Shown here: positions 1-9,328 of the stretch, in pieces
Numbering within the stretch: position 1 is the first letter of the stretch
How the letters are laid out: each line of letters begins with the position of its first letter
Source of the DNA: a virus
Lineage: Duplodnaviria; Caudoviricetes
DNA: 56,348 bases
Strand: one strand, 5' to 3'
IMG/VR virus record: IMGVR_UViG_3300025030_000129
Span: 1-56,348 of that record
Made by a program: the position numbers and the translations under genes
Notes under the pieces: model-generated
The model's database searches: none
The model's input: the letters and a program-made list of their open reading frames with translations, nothing else
What the model was told of the DNA's origin: nothing

Positions 1-83
1 CCCCCGCCGCCTCCGCCCTCGCCTCCGCCCTCGCCTCCGCCCTCGCCCTCGCCGCCTCCGCCTCCGCCCTCGCCTCCGCCTCG
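1..83. repeat. GC-rich low-complexity coding repeat (gccgcc/ctccgc/cctcgc units)
   Basis: Directly visible; same units as 56113-56348. Confidence 0.9.
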
Positions 84-388
84 ACATTCTCATCAGTACG
101 ATTTTCCAGAACCGCACGAGCGGCTTCTATGGCTTTCCGAGGACGATCATCGTCAGGGTACTCTTTTTCGTAAATCGAAATAACTTGTTCGGCTGCAAAT
201 ACAGCGTATTGAATCTGTTGTTCATGAGTCATCAACCGAACGATAACCCAGTTCGCCCAGTCGAAACGGTCTTCGTTCATTAATTCGGCTATAGTCCGTC
301 CCGCATCGTCGTGATTCCTGCGTAACGCCCATGCGTAACCATCGACACACGCACCTTGCCCATGTAACCATTCGTTCGTAATTTTCAT
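1..388 (-). CDS. Imm5-like / Ala-rich repeat phage protein, 5' part (runs off the window start; probably continues at 56348->56063)
   Basis: Manual translation from ATG 388: MKITNEWLHGQGAC...FDWANWVIVRL...YAVFAAEQVISIYEKEYPDDDRPRKAIEAARA, then EAEARAEA repeats; no stop before base 1. Confidence 0.75.
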   Translation of the reverse strand, partial: MKITNEWLHGQGACVDGYAWALRRNHDDAGRTIAELMNEDRFDWANWVIVRLMTHEQQIQYAVFAAEQVISIYEKEYPDDDRPRKAIEAARAVLENRTDENVEAEARAEAEAARARAEARAEARAEAAG

Positions 389-391
389 GGA

Positions 392-748
392 TCACCCCTG
401 GTAGAGTTCGTTTAACTTGATAACGTTGAACCGTCTGTCATGTTCCCCCAGACCGGTAAAATTGCGGTCATCGACACAGACGATGAAATTTGATTTATTT
501 TTAATCAGTACGCCGGCCCGCATAATTTCAGTACTGGCTATATAACCCTTAATTTCAGTCAAATCTTCGGCAGTTACGGAATCTATGATGATCGTCGCGT
601 ACCCGTCGGATACCGCGTCATTCAGCTTACCGAAACCGACCCCTGACACTTGAACGTACGCCCCAAACACCTCAGCAATCTTCCGTGCGACGATACCTTT
701 TCCCGATCCCTGTGGGCCAACTATCAACAACGCCTTACCAGTTTTCAT
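392..748 (-). CDS. small P-loop NTPase-like protein
   Basis: Walker A GPQGSGKG, Walker B-like TIIID, C-terminal DRRF as in SF3/primase-type ATPases. Confidence 0.6.
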   Translation of the reverse strand: MKTGKALLIVGPQGSGKGIVARKIAEVFGAYVQVSGVGFGKLNDAVSDGYATIIIDSVTAEDLTEIKGYIASTEIMRAGVLIKNKSNFIVCVDDRNFTGLGEHDRRFNVIKLNELYQG

Positions 749-797
749 AAATCACCCCTGTTCGATTTTATCAATTTCACTCCACTCTACGCATGTA

Positions 798-2471
798 TTA
801 CCCGGTAATAACGTCCCTGTCAACACGTAATTTCAGTTCCCGCGCTTCCGTGGGTTTCAGTGTCTGGGCCGTGAGAACATCGGTACCGAACAGAAACCAG
901 AACCGGCGGTAGCTCTCCGAATCGGGTCGGCCAGCCTGCCGTTGGTACGCCGCCCACCAGGCGATTGATTCGCGCAGTTCGGCCTGGGCGACCTGATGTT
1001 CAAGGTGGCGCTTGGCGTTCGCCCGGCTAATCAGCGGGCCGAGGTATCCGGCGCCGGTATCTTGCAGGTGCTGGTCAACCGAGGCGTCTACCCGGGCGAT
1101 ATCACCGTACAGTCTGGCGAGTGCTTCGGGGTCCAGTTCGAACAGATCGCCGTCGACGAATTCCGGCCCAGACCTGGCAGCCGGTACCGGGACGTAACCG
1201 CAGAACGGACAGGCCCGTTTTACCGCTTCGTACACCTGGAAACAACTTAGACAGGTACGGATCGGGATCACGTCGTCCGGGGTCTGCCGGCTGCGGCGGT
1301 CCTGCCGGTCCAGGGTGAACACCCGGTTGCACAGATCGATTACCAGTCGGCCGTTCTCGGATACGACCCGGGCATGGCGGGCGACGTTACCGACGTGATC
1401 GATGATCGTGGCGGTCTGTTTCCCGTCCATGATTCGTAACGAACGACCAGCCTGCTGCACGAATAACGCGAACGATTGAGTCGGCCGGGCCATGCTGACG
1501 ACTTCGATCGCCGGTAAATCGAAACCCTCACCGAACAGATCCACGTTTACCAGCTGCAGCAGTTCCCGGTTTTTAAATCGTCGGAGTGTGGCCACACGTT
1601 CGGCGTCGGGAGTTTTACCTGTTACCAGTTCGGCCCGCACCCCCGCGGCGTTAAAACTGGCGGTGATATCGGTTGCGTTTTCAATACTGTCAGAGAACGT
1701 TACGCCGAGTTTCCCGGCCGCTACCCGCAGGTATTCCCGAACCACATCACCGATGATATGGGACCGACGGACGGCTTTTTTTGTTCCGGGTTGCGACCAG
1801 TCGCCGTTCGACGATATGGGTACCTGAGACATATCGAGATCTGACGGCGGGGCGTAAATACGGTAATCGGTCAGATATCCGGCATTGATCAGTTGGCGCT
1901 GTGTCGGTCCTTCGACCATGACGTCGAACAGCCCGTCGGCATGACGCCCGAGGCCTTTACCGTCTGCACGACACGGTGTGGCCGTAAAACCGATACCGCG
2001 GGCGTTCGGGAACAGTAGTGTCGCCTTACCCCATTTATTGTCCCGAAGGACGTGATGACATTCGTCCTGGACCCACAAGGTGACCGTTGAACCCCATCGT
2101 TGAATAGCGGGTTTCTTCGCCCAACTGATTAATGTGTCCACACTGGCCACTGCTGTCGTTGCATTTGGGTGGTAATACGAACGACCGAGTTCTTCCGTGT
2201 GGATTTTATTGATCAGTCGAATAGTATTTTCTTGACCAATGATAGTGTGCCTGATCTGGTTCCGGGCCAGGGCCAGGGAGATCTGACCGACCAGTTCCTT
2301 ACGGTGGGCGATAGCCACGGCGGGGCCGTTGTTTTCTCTGATTCGGTGTGACTCGATAACGGTCTTTCCTGATCCTGTAGGCGCTACGGCAAGGACATTT
2401 CGGTGTCCTGCGTTCAGGGCGTCGTCGATTCCTTCGTTTATCGTGGATTGGTACGGACGAAGGGAGATCAC
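798..2471 (-). CDS. superfamily 2 DExH helicase with Zn ribbon
   Basis: Q motif LRPYQ, APTGSGKT, DECHH, TAT, EGFDLP, QQAGRSLR, CxxC..CxxC. Confidence 0.93.
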   Translation of the reverse strand: MISLRPYQSTINEGIDDALNAGHRNVLAVAPTGSGKTVIESHRIRENNGPAVAIAHRKELVGQISLALARNQIRHTIIGQENTIRLINKIHTEELGRSYYHPNATTAVASVDTLISWAKKPAIQRWGSTVTLWVQDECHHVLRDNKWGKATLLFPNARGIGFTATPCRADGKGLGRHADGLFDVMVEGPTQRQLINAGYLTDYRIYAPPSDLDMSQVPISSNGDWSQPGTKKAVRRSHIIGDVVREYLRVAAGKLGVTFSDSIENATDITASFNAAGVRAELVTGKTPDAERVATLRRFKNRELLQLVNVDLFGEGFDLPAIEVVSMARPTQSFALFVQQAGRSLRIMDGKQTATIIDHVGNVARHARVVSENGRLVIDLCNRVFTLDRQDRRSRQTPDDVIPIRTCLSCFQVYEAVKRACPFCGYVPVPAARSGPEFVDGDLFELDPEALARLYGDIARVDASVDQHLQDTGAGYLGPLISRANAKRHLEHQVAQAELRESIAWWAAYQRQAGRPDSESYRRFWFLFGTDVLTAQTLKPTEARELKLRVDRDVITG

Positions 2472-2659
2472 GCTGGTTCGCTCCGTCGTTTATACCAGCC
2501 GTTCCAGAAATCTGTCAGCGCCTCCGGCGAACCGATAAACTTCGGTTCCTTGCCACAATTCAACGGACAAAAAATTTCAATCGGGGTAGTTTGGTCGGAT
2601 TCGTCGTAGGCGATCACCGGTTCCGGGCCGGTCCAGTTGCAGGTGCATTTCCAGGTCAT
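2468..2659 (-). CDS. small Cys-containing hypothetical protein
   Basis: CxC...CxxxC; 4-nt overlaps with both neighbours. Confidence 0.65.
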   Translation of the reverse strand: MTWKCTCNWTGPEPVIAYDESDQTTPIEIFCPLNCGKEPKFIGSPEALTDFWNGWYKRRSEPA

Positions 2660-2919
2660 AGTGTGTACCCCCGCTGACGATCTTCCTCGGTTGTCGGCTC
2701 GAAGAAATGGGTGTTATAATTATCGTTGATCAGGTGTTTGCCTTCGAACGCTTCGTGGAAAGTCATCCACCGTTGTTCCGCTTCGATGAATACTTCGTAA
2801 TTACTCATGTAATCGGTATCCATTTCATCCGGCCAATAGACGAGAATTTCACTCACCGATTGAACGTTATATGTCGAGGATTCGGCCAGACTTCCATCTT
2901 TTAAACTTCGTACCTTCAT
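2656..2919 (-). CDS. hypothetical protein
   Basis: GGAGG SD upstream of ATG 2919 (MKVRSL...). Confidence 0.7.
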   Translation of the reverse strand: MKVRSLKDGSLAESSTYNVQSVSEILVYWPDEMDTDYMSNYEVFIEAEQRWMTFHEAFEGKHLINDNYNTHFFEPTTEEDRQRGYTL

Positions 2920-2958
2920 GTTCGTTCCTCCTGTTATTTTTACGCTTGTATTTTTTAG

Positions 2959-2987
2959 TTGACAGCTACGACAATACCGCATATTAT
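2959..2987 (+). promoter_or_regulatory. sigma70-like promoter for the rightward replication operon
   Basis: TTGACA-17 bp-TATTAT in the divergent intergenic region. Confidence 0.7.
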
Positions 2988-3025
2988 CCACCTCGACAAC
3001 CAAATTCTACCAATGGAGGTAAAAA

Positions 3026-3850
3026 ATGTCTGTAACACTGAAGATCCCGTATGACCCTGCAGCACTGAAAGCCGCTTCCGAATTTTTCGCGAAGCTGGCA
3101 GTGTGTGGCGTAGACCTTGCGGACGGACCGGATAAAACGGTTCACGCTAAGAAGACCACCACCGAGTTAAAACCGATCCCGGTAACGCCCGAGGGCGTCA
3201 TCGTCCCTACGCCGGACACTGGGGCTGTTATTGTTCCCGGTGTCTCACCCGAAACCGTTGCGTCACCGACGGTAAACCCTGTTCCACCTGCACCGGTTAT
3301 ACCTGTCCCGCCTGCGGAACCTACCGTCGCGGGACCGGATGCGGCGACTGTGTTCGGTAGCGTACCGCAGCCGCCGACCGTTGACCTCGATTCACGCGGT
3401 CTGCCGTGGGACGGTCGAATCCATGCGTCCAGCCGGGCGAAAATCGCTGATGGTTCGTGGCGGAATCGGAAATGCCCAGCCGAGTACCAGAAACCACAGT
3501 GGGACGAACAGATCGCCCAGATCGAAGGTGAACTGCGGGCGGCAATGGCCGTTCCGGGTCCGATTCCACCGTGTGATGGTTTGACGGGATCGCAGGCGAC
3601 TGTTACAACCGGACCCGTCCCCCCCGCGCTTGTTGCGAACAGTACCATTCCGCCGCCTGCCGCTGGTCCGGTGTCCCCGCCGAAAACCTTCGCCGAACTC
3701 AATGTGGCTATTACCTCAAACGCAATCGACCGGGACCGGGTGACCCAAGCAGTTCAGGCGGTCGGCCTGCAGGCGTATCCCTTGCTTGCCGCCCGGCCCG
3801 ATTTGATCCCGCAGGTAGCGGCAATACTCTTCCCCCCGGTGGCGGCATGA
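3026..3850 (+). CDS. Pro-rich phage replication-module protein
   Basis: GGAGG SD; conserved-looking core LDSRGLPWDGRIHASSRAKIADGSWR flanked by Pro/Ala linkers. Confidence 0.75.
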   Translation: MSVTLKIPYDPAALKAASEFFAKLAVCGVDLADGPDKTVHAKKTTTELKPIPVTPEGVIVPTPDTGAVIVPGVSPETVASPTVNPVPPAPVIPVPPAEPTVAGPDAATVFGSVPQPPTVDLDSRGLPWDGRIHASSRAKIADGSWRNRKCPAEYQKPQWDEQIAQIEGELRAAMAVPGPIPPCDGLTGSQATVTTGPVPPALVANSTIPPPAAGPVSPPKTFAELNVAITSNAIDRDRVTQAVQAVGLQAYPLLAARPDLIPQVAAILFPPVAA

Positions 3851-4989
3851 GCAAACATTCACGGATCCCGCCTTCCTCGGCGCACATCTGGGCCGGGGGA
3901 GGTTGTACGGGATGGGTCCAGATGGTGGAAAAATTCCCGGAACCAGCGGAAGAATCGGACGACGCCCGCGAGGGTACTGCCTCGCACGAAGTGGGCGAAC
4001 GGAACATCTGGCGGGCACTGCACGGCGGGATCGGCCCGGAGCTGGTCCCCGGCGGTACCGCCCGAAACGGCGTCGTGGTCACGGAGGAAATGGTCGACTG
4101 TGCCGAGATTTACAGTGACGACGTGATCGACGAATACCGGCGCCGGGTGGTGAATCCCGGTATGACCTATGGTCTGGAAACCCGGATCGACTGTTTTAAG
4201 ATCCACCCGGAATCGTTCGGTACCCCGGATTTCTGGCTGTACGATCCGAGTGAATCGCTGTTGATCATCTGGGATTATAAATATGGTCACGTGGTGGTCG
4301 ATGCGTACGAAAACTGGCAGGAGGCGAACTACACCGCCGGCCTGATTGATCGCCTCGGCCCGGTCCGTGAGGTCGAATTCCGGGTGATCCAGCCGCGGGC
4401 CTTACGTCAGAAAGGTATCCTCGCCCGTTGGCGGGTACCGGTGGAACGGCTCGATCCGATGTTTGGTATCCTGCACGAACGGGCGCATGAAGCGTTTGGG
4501 CCGAATCCACAATGCCGGACCGGACACCATTGCCGGCGGTGTGGCGCCCGGCACGGATGCGGCACGTATCTGACTGCTGCGTTCACGCTGTACGAGGCGG
4601 CCAGTGCCCCCGCGCCGGTCGAACTGTCCCTGTCGGCCCTCGGTCTGCAGCTGTTGATCGTTGAACGGGCAATGGAGGCCCTGAAAGGTCTACAGACGGG
4701 CTACGAGGAACAGGTCCGGGCAATGATTCAGTCGGGTAACGTGGTCCCCTGGTGGGCACTTGAATCCGTGTCCGGTCGGGAGGCCTGGACCAAACCGGTT
4801 GCCGAGGTTGCCGCCCTCGGTGATCTGCTCGGTTTTAATCTGCGGAAGGATGCCCTGATCACGCCGAACCAGGCGCGAAAATTGGGGGTGGATGACGCCA
4901 CGCTGAAGATGTACAGTGGGCGAAACAGTGGGCTGAAACTGGTGAAGGATGCCGGCGAGAAGGCCCGTAAAGTGTTTAGCGAGGGGTGA
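3847..4989 (+). CDS. DUF2800-type PD-(D/E)XK (Cas4-like) exonuclease
   Basis: HSRIPPSSAHIW..C, EGTASH, FGTPD, DYKYG, HCRRC..C. Confidence 0.85.
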   Translation: MSKHSRIPPSSAHIWAGGGCTGWVQMVEKFPEPAEESDDAREGTASHEVGERNIWRALHGGIGPELVPGGTARNGVVVTEEMVDCAEIYSDDVIDEYRRRVVNPGMTYGLETRIDCFKIHPESFGTPDFWLYDPSESLLIIWDYKYGHVVVDAYENWQEANYTAGLIDRLGPVREVEFRVIQPRALRQKGILARWRVPVERLDPMFGILHERAHEAFGPNPQCRTGHHCRRCGARHGCGTYLTAAFTLYEAASAPAPVELSLSALGLQLLIVERAMEALKGLQTGYEEQVRAMIQSGNVVPWWALESVSGREAWTKPVAEVAALGDLLGFNLRKDALITPNQARKLGVDDATLKMYSGRNSGLKLVKDAGEKARKVFSEG

Positions 4990-5076
4990 GACGATATAAA
5001 CCGAGTGATCGAAACGGAAATAATCGGTAACCGATAACCACGAACAGCCGTCACAGAACGGCACAGGAGAATAACC

Positions 5077-6099
5077 ATGCCTACAGACGTAATGATTACC
5101 GGCCGCCTCGTTGGTGGCCATCCGATGACTTCACAAGTACGGAAGGACGATAAAACCGGCGCCGTGCTGTACCAGCAAGACGGAACCACGCCCCGGACCA
5201 GTACGTTCATTGCCGTAGCCGTACCGAAAACCCCTGGTGTACCGTGGCAGAACGAACCATGGGGCCAGGTGATCGTCAAGGAAGCGCAGGATGTTTGGAA
5301 TCTGGGCGAATGGCAGCACCCGACGTTTGCCTGGAAGGTCACCGACGGCGACAGTACGATTCCGAAAAAACCGTTCGGTGGAAAACCCGGACGAATCCCC
5401 GCTCAGTGCGAGGGATACCCCGGTCATTGGATCATCGGTTGTTCCACCGAGCTCGGGATCAAATGCTACCATGTCGGAAAATACGACCCGACCCAGCAGA
5501 TCCAGAACAAGGACGAGATCAAATGTGGCGATTACTGCCGTGTGTTGATCTCGGTGAAAGCGAACAAACCGTCACAGTCGCCTGGTGTGTACATCAATCC
5601 GACCCTGTTCGAATTGTCCCGCGCCGGTCAACGGATCGTTACCGGCGATGGTCCCGACGCGGCCACAGCGTTCGGTGGTTCCGCCCCGGTCCTGCCGGCA
5701 AACGGTGCGTATGATACCGCCGTGGCACCGCCCCCTGCCGCACCTGTCCTCGCGTCGCCCCCGCCCGTCGTGGCCGAGTCGAAATACCTCGTTAATGGGG
5801 TAGAGTATACCCTGTCGGCGTTGAAGGCGGCAGGGTGGACGGATGCACAGATCGCCACCGCTACGCCTGTCGGGGCGCCCCCGGCTCCTGTCCTCGCGTC
5901 GCCCCCAGTACCCATAGCCGCACCGACCGCACCGGCACCGGATTTCCTATCGCCCCCTGTGGCCCCAGTCGTACCGGCCGAGGAACGGTATTTCATCGAG
6001 GGCAAGGTGTACACGAAATCACAGTTGGTCGGGTTCGGTTGGACCCCGGCACAGATCGCCGGTGCTGCGGTTTATACCGGATCGGACGTACCGTTCTGA
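5077..6099 (+). CDS. phage single-stranded DNA-binding protein (DUF2815-like) with extended C-terminus
   Basis: FAWKVTDGDS, PGHWI, PGVYIN motifs; acidic DVPF tail; sits between the nuclease and the polymerase. Confidence 0.75.
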   Translation: MPTDVMITGRLVGGHPMTSQVRKDDKTGAVLYQQDGTTPRTSTFIAVAVPKTPGVPWQNEPWGQVIVKEAQDVWNLGEWQHPTFAWKVTDGDSTIPKKPFGGKPGRIPAQCEGYPGHWIIGCSTELGIKCYHVGKYDPTQQIQNKDEIKCGDYCRVLISVKANKPSQSPGVYINPTLFELSRAGQRIVTGDGPDAATAFGGSAPVLPANGAYDTAVAPPPAAPVLASPPPVVAESKYLVNGVEYTLSALKAAGWTDAQIATATPVGAPPAPVLASPPVPIAAPTAPAPDFLSPPVAPVVPAEERYFIEGKVYTKSQLVGFGWTPAQIAGAAVYTGSDVPF

Positions 6100-6104
6100 A
6101 ATAA

Positions 6105-6141
6105 CGGGACCGGCCGGTGGGTGACTGCCGGTCCTGATTTT
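6105..6141 (+). terminator. stem-loop, possible terminator or processing site
   Basis: cgggaccggc/gccggtcctg stem followed by atttt. Confidence 0.5.
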
Positions 6142-6242
6142 CGCGGTGTAGCAGAATTGGCAAATGCTCCCTTCAGGGGGTTCTCGGAAATAATACTAGG
6201 GGAATACCGAGAGTTGCAGGTTCGAGTCCTGCCGCCGCGACC
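6142..6242 (+). ncRNA. tRNA-like RNA with non-canonical anticodon and variable arms
   Basis: Acceptor CGCGGTG/CGCCGCG, D arm GCA-GAATTGGCAAA-TGC, T arm GCAGG-TTCGAGT-CCTGC; middle is CCCT-TCA-GGGG plus a long TTCTCGG/CCGAGAG arm; ends ACC-T (no encoded CCA). Confidence 0.7.
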
Positions 6243-6262
6243 TTTTACCCACTGGAGAAATT

Positions 6263-6688
6263 ATGGATATGGAATTACGGGAAGCTGGAGAAGATTACGA
6301 TTCATTAGAAAATGCCGAACGGGTTGCGAAAGAACGGGGGCTGATTGTTGTAGCCCCAAAACCCGACGAATTATTTATCGATCTGGACTGTGATGAGGAT
6401 TTTCAAGAATTCCGCAAAAGGTTGGCTGATTTCAACAGTCAGAAATTGGGATTCGTTCTCCGTATTGAACGACTCACCCCCTCGGCGTCCGGTCCCCCGC
6501 ATTACCATGCGGTAGTGAAAATAAGCGATGCCGATTTTTTAGAACCGGAACAAGTTATACTCACCGATGAACGTCGTATTCTTCTGCAATTTCTTCTTGG
6601 GTCCGATCGAGTACGAGAGATTCTCAGCGTCTACCGAATGCTTCGTCAGGATGACAGACCGCCAACTCTCTTCTTCGAACGCCCATGA
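6263..6688 (+). CDS. hypothetical protein with AEP-like motifs
   Basis: GGAG SD; LFIDLD and SASGPPHYH motifs; ATGA overlap with the polymerase gene. Confidence 0.65.
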   Translation: MDMELREAGEDYDSLENAERVAKERGLIVVAPKPDELFIDLDCDEDFQEFRKRLADFNSQKLGFVLRIERLTPSASGPPHYHAVVKISDADFLEPEQVILTDERRILLQFLLGSDRVREILSVYRMLRQDDRPPTLFFERP

Positions 6689-8562
6689 ATAACCACATCT
6701 ACGATATCGAAACGTTCCCCAACGTCTTTACTCTGACCTCCAAGGAACATGAAACCGGCCGGTACAACGTTTTCGAAATTTCCACCCGGAAAAACGATAT
6801 CGCGAATCTGTGGTCATGGGTGCGGTTCATCGCGGACCGTGGCGACAGGATGGTCGGATTCAACAATATCGGATTCGACTATCCTGTTCTCCACTTCATC
6901 CTCACCCACTACAACGTCACGCCGGAACTGATCTACCAGTTCGCAAACGGTATCATCAACACGGATGATCGGTTCGGTCATATCATTTGGGACAATGATC
7001 GAATCGTTCCCCAGATCGACTTGTTCAAGATTCACCATTTCGATAACGTCGCAAAATTCACCAGCCTGAAGATGCTGGAGTACAACATGCGGTCCGAGAG
7101 TATTCAGGAACTGCCGTTCGCCCCGGGAACCGTGCTGACCTCGGACCAGATCGATGTGCTGCTCCGGTACAACCGGCACGACGTGAACCAGACGGAACAG
7201 TTCTTCGTTCATTCGCTCGACCATATCAAATTCCGGGAATACCTGTCGGAGAAATACCAGCGGAATTTCATGAACCATAACGATACGAAAATCGGCAAAG
7301 ATTTTTTTATCATGGAACTTGAGAAAGCGAACCCAGGGTGTTGCTACTGTAAGGACGCTATGACCGGGCGCCGGGCGCCACGGCAGACACCACGACCGAC
7401 AATATCGTTCCGGGACATTATTTTTCCGTATGTCCGGTTCGAGCATCCAGAATTCAACCGGGTGCTGGACTGGTTCCGTGCGACCACAATTACCGAGACG
7501 AAAGGATCGATCGAAGATCTTACCTGCACGGTCAATGACTTTACGTTCGTTTTCGGGACTGGGGGAATTCACGGATCGGTAGACAGTCAGATCGTGCAAG
7601 CTGACGACAGTAACGTTATCCTGGACCTCGATGTTACCAGCTTCTACCCGTCGTTAGGAATCGTCAACCGGATCTATCCGGAACACCTGGGAGAATCTTT
7701 CTGTGATATTTACGCCGAAATCAAACGCCAACGGGTAGGGTATGCGAAGGATGCACCTGAAAACCTGATGTTGAAACTCGCCCTGAACGGCACCTACGGC
7801 GATACGAACAATAAATACAGCCCGTTCTATGATCCTCAGTACACCATGTCGATCACGATCAACGGACAGTTGGTCCTCTGTATGCTGGCTGAACAGATGA
7901 TGAAAATTCCCGGCCTGCAGATGATCCAGGTAAACACGGACGGACTCACGGTTCGGGTGAGACGGGAGTACCTACCGCACATCGAGCGAGTGAAAGAATG
8001 GTGGTGTAAGGTCACACATGGGCTCGAACTGGAAGAGGCGTTTTACAGTAAAATGTTCATCCGAGACGTGAATAATTATATCGCCGTGACCGAATCGGGC
8101 AAACTGAAACGCAAGGGTGCCTATGAACACGGTATCGAAAAACCTGGTGGAAAAAATAACCTCGGTTGGCACCAGAACCATTCAGCCCTGGTCATTCAGA
8201 AGGCTGCCGAGGCCGCTCTGATCCGTGGCGAAAACATCGAAACGTTTATCTACCACCATCCGGATGTGATGGATTTCATGCTGCGGACGAAAGTTCCCCG
8301 TTCGTCCCGGCTGGTCATGGTCGGGCCTGACGGTATCGACCGACCGCTGCAGAATATCACTCGGTACTTCATCAGCCGGGAAGGTGGTTCATTGGTGAAA
8401 ATCATGAACCCGTTGAAGGGAAAAACGGTGGACCGGCGGATCGGTATAAATGTCGGCTGGAAAGTTACGCCGTTGAATGAGATCCGGTACGATATCGCTG
8501 GGGAAATCGATTACCGGTATTATATCAGTGAAGCTCGGAAACTGGTTGATCCACTGAAATAA
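6685..8562 (+). CDS. DNA polymerase, family B, with 3'-5' exonuclease domain
   Basis: Exo motifs YDIET, GFNNIGFD, YNRHD; pol motifs DVTSFYPS, KLALNGTYG, NTDG. Confidence 0.92.
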   Translation: MNNHIYDIETFPNVFTLTSKEHETGRYNVFEISTRKNDIANLWSWVRFIADRGDRMVGFNNIGFDYPVLHFILTHYNVTPELIYQFANGIINTDDRFGHIIWDNDRIVPQIDLFKIHHFDNVAKFTSLKMLEYNMRSESIQELPFAPGTVLTSDQIDVLLRYNRHDVNQTEQFFVHSLDHIKFREYLSEKYQRNFMNHNDTKIGKDFFIMELEKANPGCCYCKDAMTGRRAPRQTPRPTISFRDIIFPYVRFEHPEFNRVLDWFRATTITETKGSIEDLTCTVNDFTFVFGTGGIHGSVDSQIVQADDSNVILDLDVTSFYPSLGIVNRIYPEHLGESFCDIYAEIKRQRVGYAKDAPENLMLKLALNGTYGDTNNKYSPFYDPQYTMSITINGQLVLCMLAEQMMKIPGLQMIQVNTDGLTVRVRREYLPHIERVKEWWCKVTHGLELEEAFYSKMFIRDVNNYIAVTESGKLKRKGAYEHGIEKPGGKNNLGWHQNHSALVIQKAAEAALIRGENIETFIYHHPDVMDFMLRTKVPRSSRLVMVGPDGIDRPLQNITRYFISREGGSLVKIMNPLKGKTVDRRIGINVGWKVTPLNEIRYDIAGEIDYRYYISEARKLVDPLK

Positions 8563-8565
8563 GGA

Positions 8566-9099
8566 GTGAACAGAATGTCCAAGAGATACGGCAGGAATCA
8601 GAAGCGGCGCCATCGTGAATTACTGGCAAAAACCGAGAAACGATTACAGGAGATGACTGTTGCCTATGATCGGGACCGGCATCTTACTGAGTACCTACAA
8701 CAACAGATCAACCGAGCCGAACGAACGATCCGAGAAATGGTAGAAACGATAGAATCGGTTTGTCCGAATTCGACAGCGATCCCGCCGAAAACTTTTACAG
8801 GTAGTGGGGAAAGACCGTCGTTTACCGTCGCGTGTCTCGATAGCCCACTGCTGATGAGTATGGGTGTCAATCCGAACCGACCGATAGTGCCGGAACAATT
8901 ACGATACGTTAATACCTACGCACTTGAAACGTATGTGCAAAAACATAAGGAAACCCTGGATACGGCTATCCACCTCCGATATCAAGCTGGCGGTCACAGT
9001 GCGTACATGATATCAGAACGGGGATTCCGGGACATACCGATTGGTAAGCTCGTGGAACTCGTCGCCCGGGAACTCGTCAACCATCTGCGTCGGCCGTAA
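8566..9099 (+). CDS. hypothetical protein (coiled-coil N-terminus)
   Basis: 177-aa ORF directly after the polymerase; AAGGAG SD (start may be ATG 8575). Confidence 0.7.
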   Translation: MNRMSKRYGRNQKRRHRELLAKTEKRLQEMTVAYDRDRHLTEYLQQQINRAERTIREMVETIESVCPNSTAIPPKTFTGSGERPSFTVACLDSPLLMSMGVNPNRPIVPEQLRYVNTYALETYVQKHKETLDTAIHLRYQAGGHSAYMISERGFRDIPIGKLVELVARELVNHLRRP

Positions 9100-9310
9100 C
9101 CCGGTACGCCTCCCACACTTCCCGCCGCCGTTCCACCGGTTCACTCGATCCCGCCATCCATAAATCCGCCGTGGTACCCAGTGCCGCGGCGGCCGTCTTC
9201 GCCGTACCGTTCCGCAGATCACGTTTGCCGCTTAATACCAATGACCAATAGGCGGCGGAAATTCCTAACACTGTAGTAGCAAATATTTTCTGTTCCATAG
9301 TACCTGACAT
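9077..9310 (-). CDS. Cro/HigA-like HTH protein
   Basis: LGISAAYWSLVLSGKR...TAAAALGTTADLW XRE pattern; divergent from the CI-like gene. Confidence 0.65.
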   Translation of the reverse strand: MSGTMEQKIFATTVLGISAAYWSLVLSGKRDLRNGTAKTAAAALGTTADLWMAGSSEPVERRREVWEAYRVTADADG

Positions 9311-9328
9311 ACTACTACGGTGGACGTA

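Noticed and set aside
3847-4989. CRISPR Cas4
   Set aside because: No cas genes or array; this is the usual phage nuclease-SSB-polymerase context.
6142-6242. Calling the element a functional tRNA-Sec or opal suppressor
   Set aside because: No 5-bp stem/7-nt loop anticodon arm, no G discriminator and no tRNA-Sec D stem.
6097-6393. TGA of ssb followed by a hairpin and an in-frame open stretch (possible second Sec read-through)
   Set aside because: The protein ends in the canonical SSB tail DVPF, the extension would run through the tRNA-like element, and there is no Cys-motif context.
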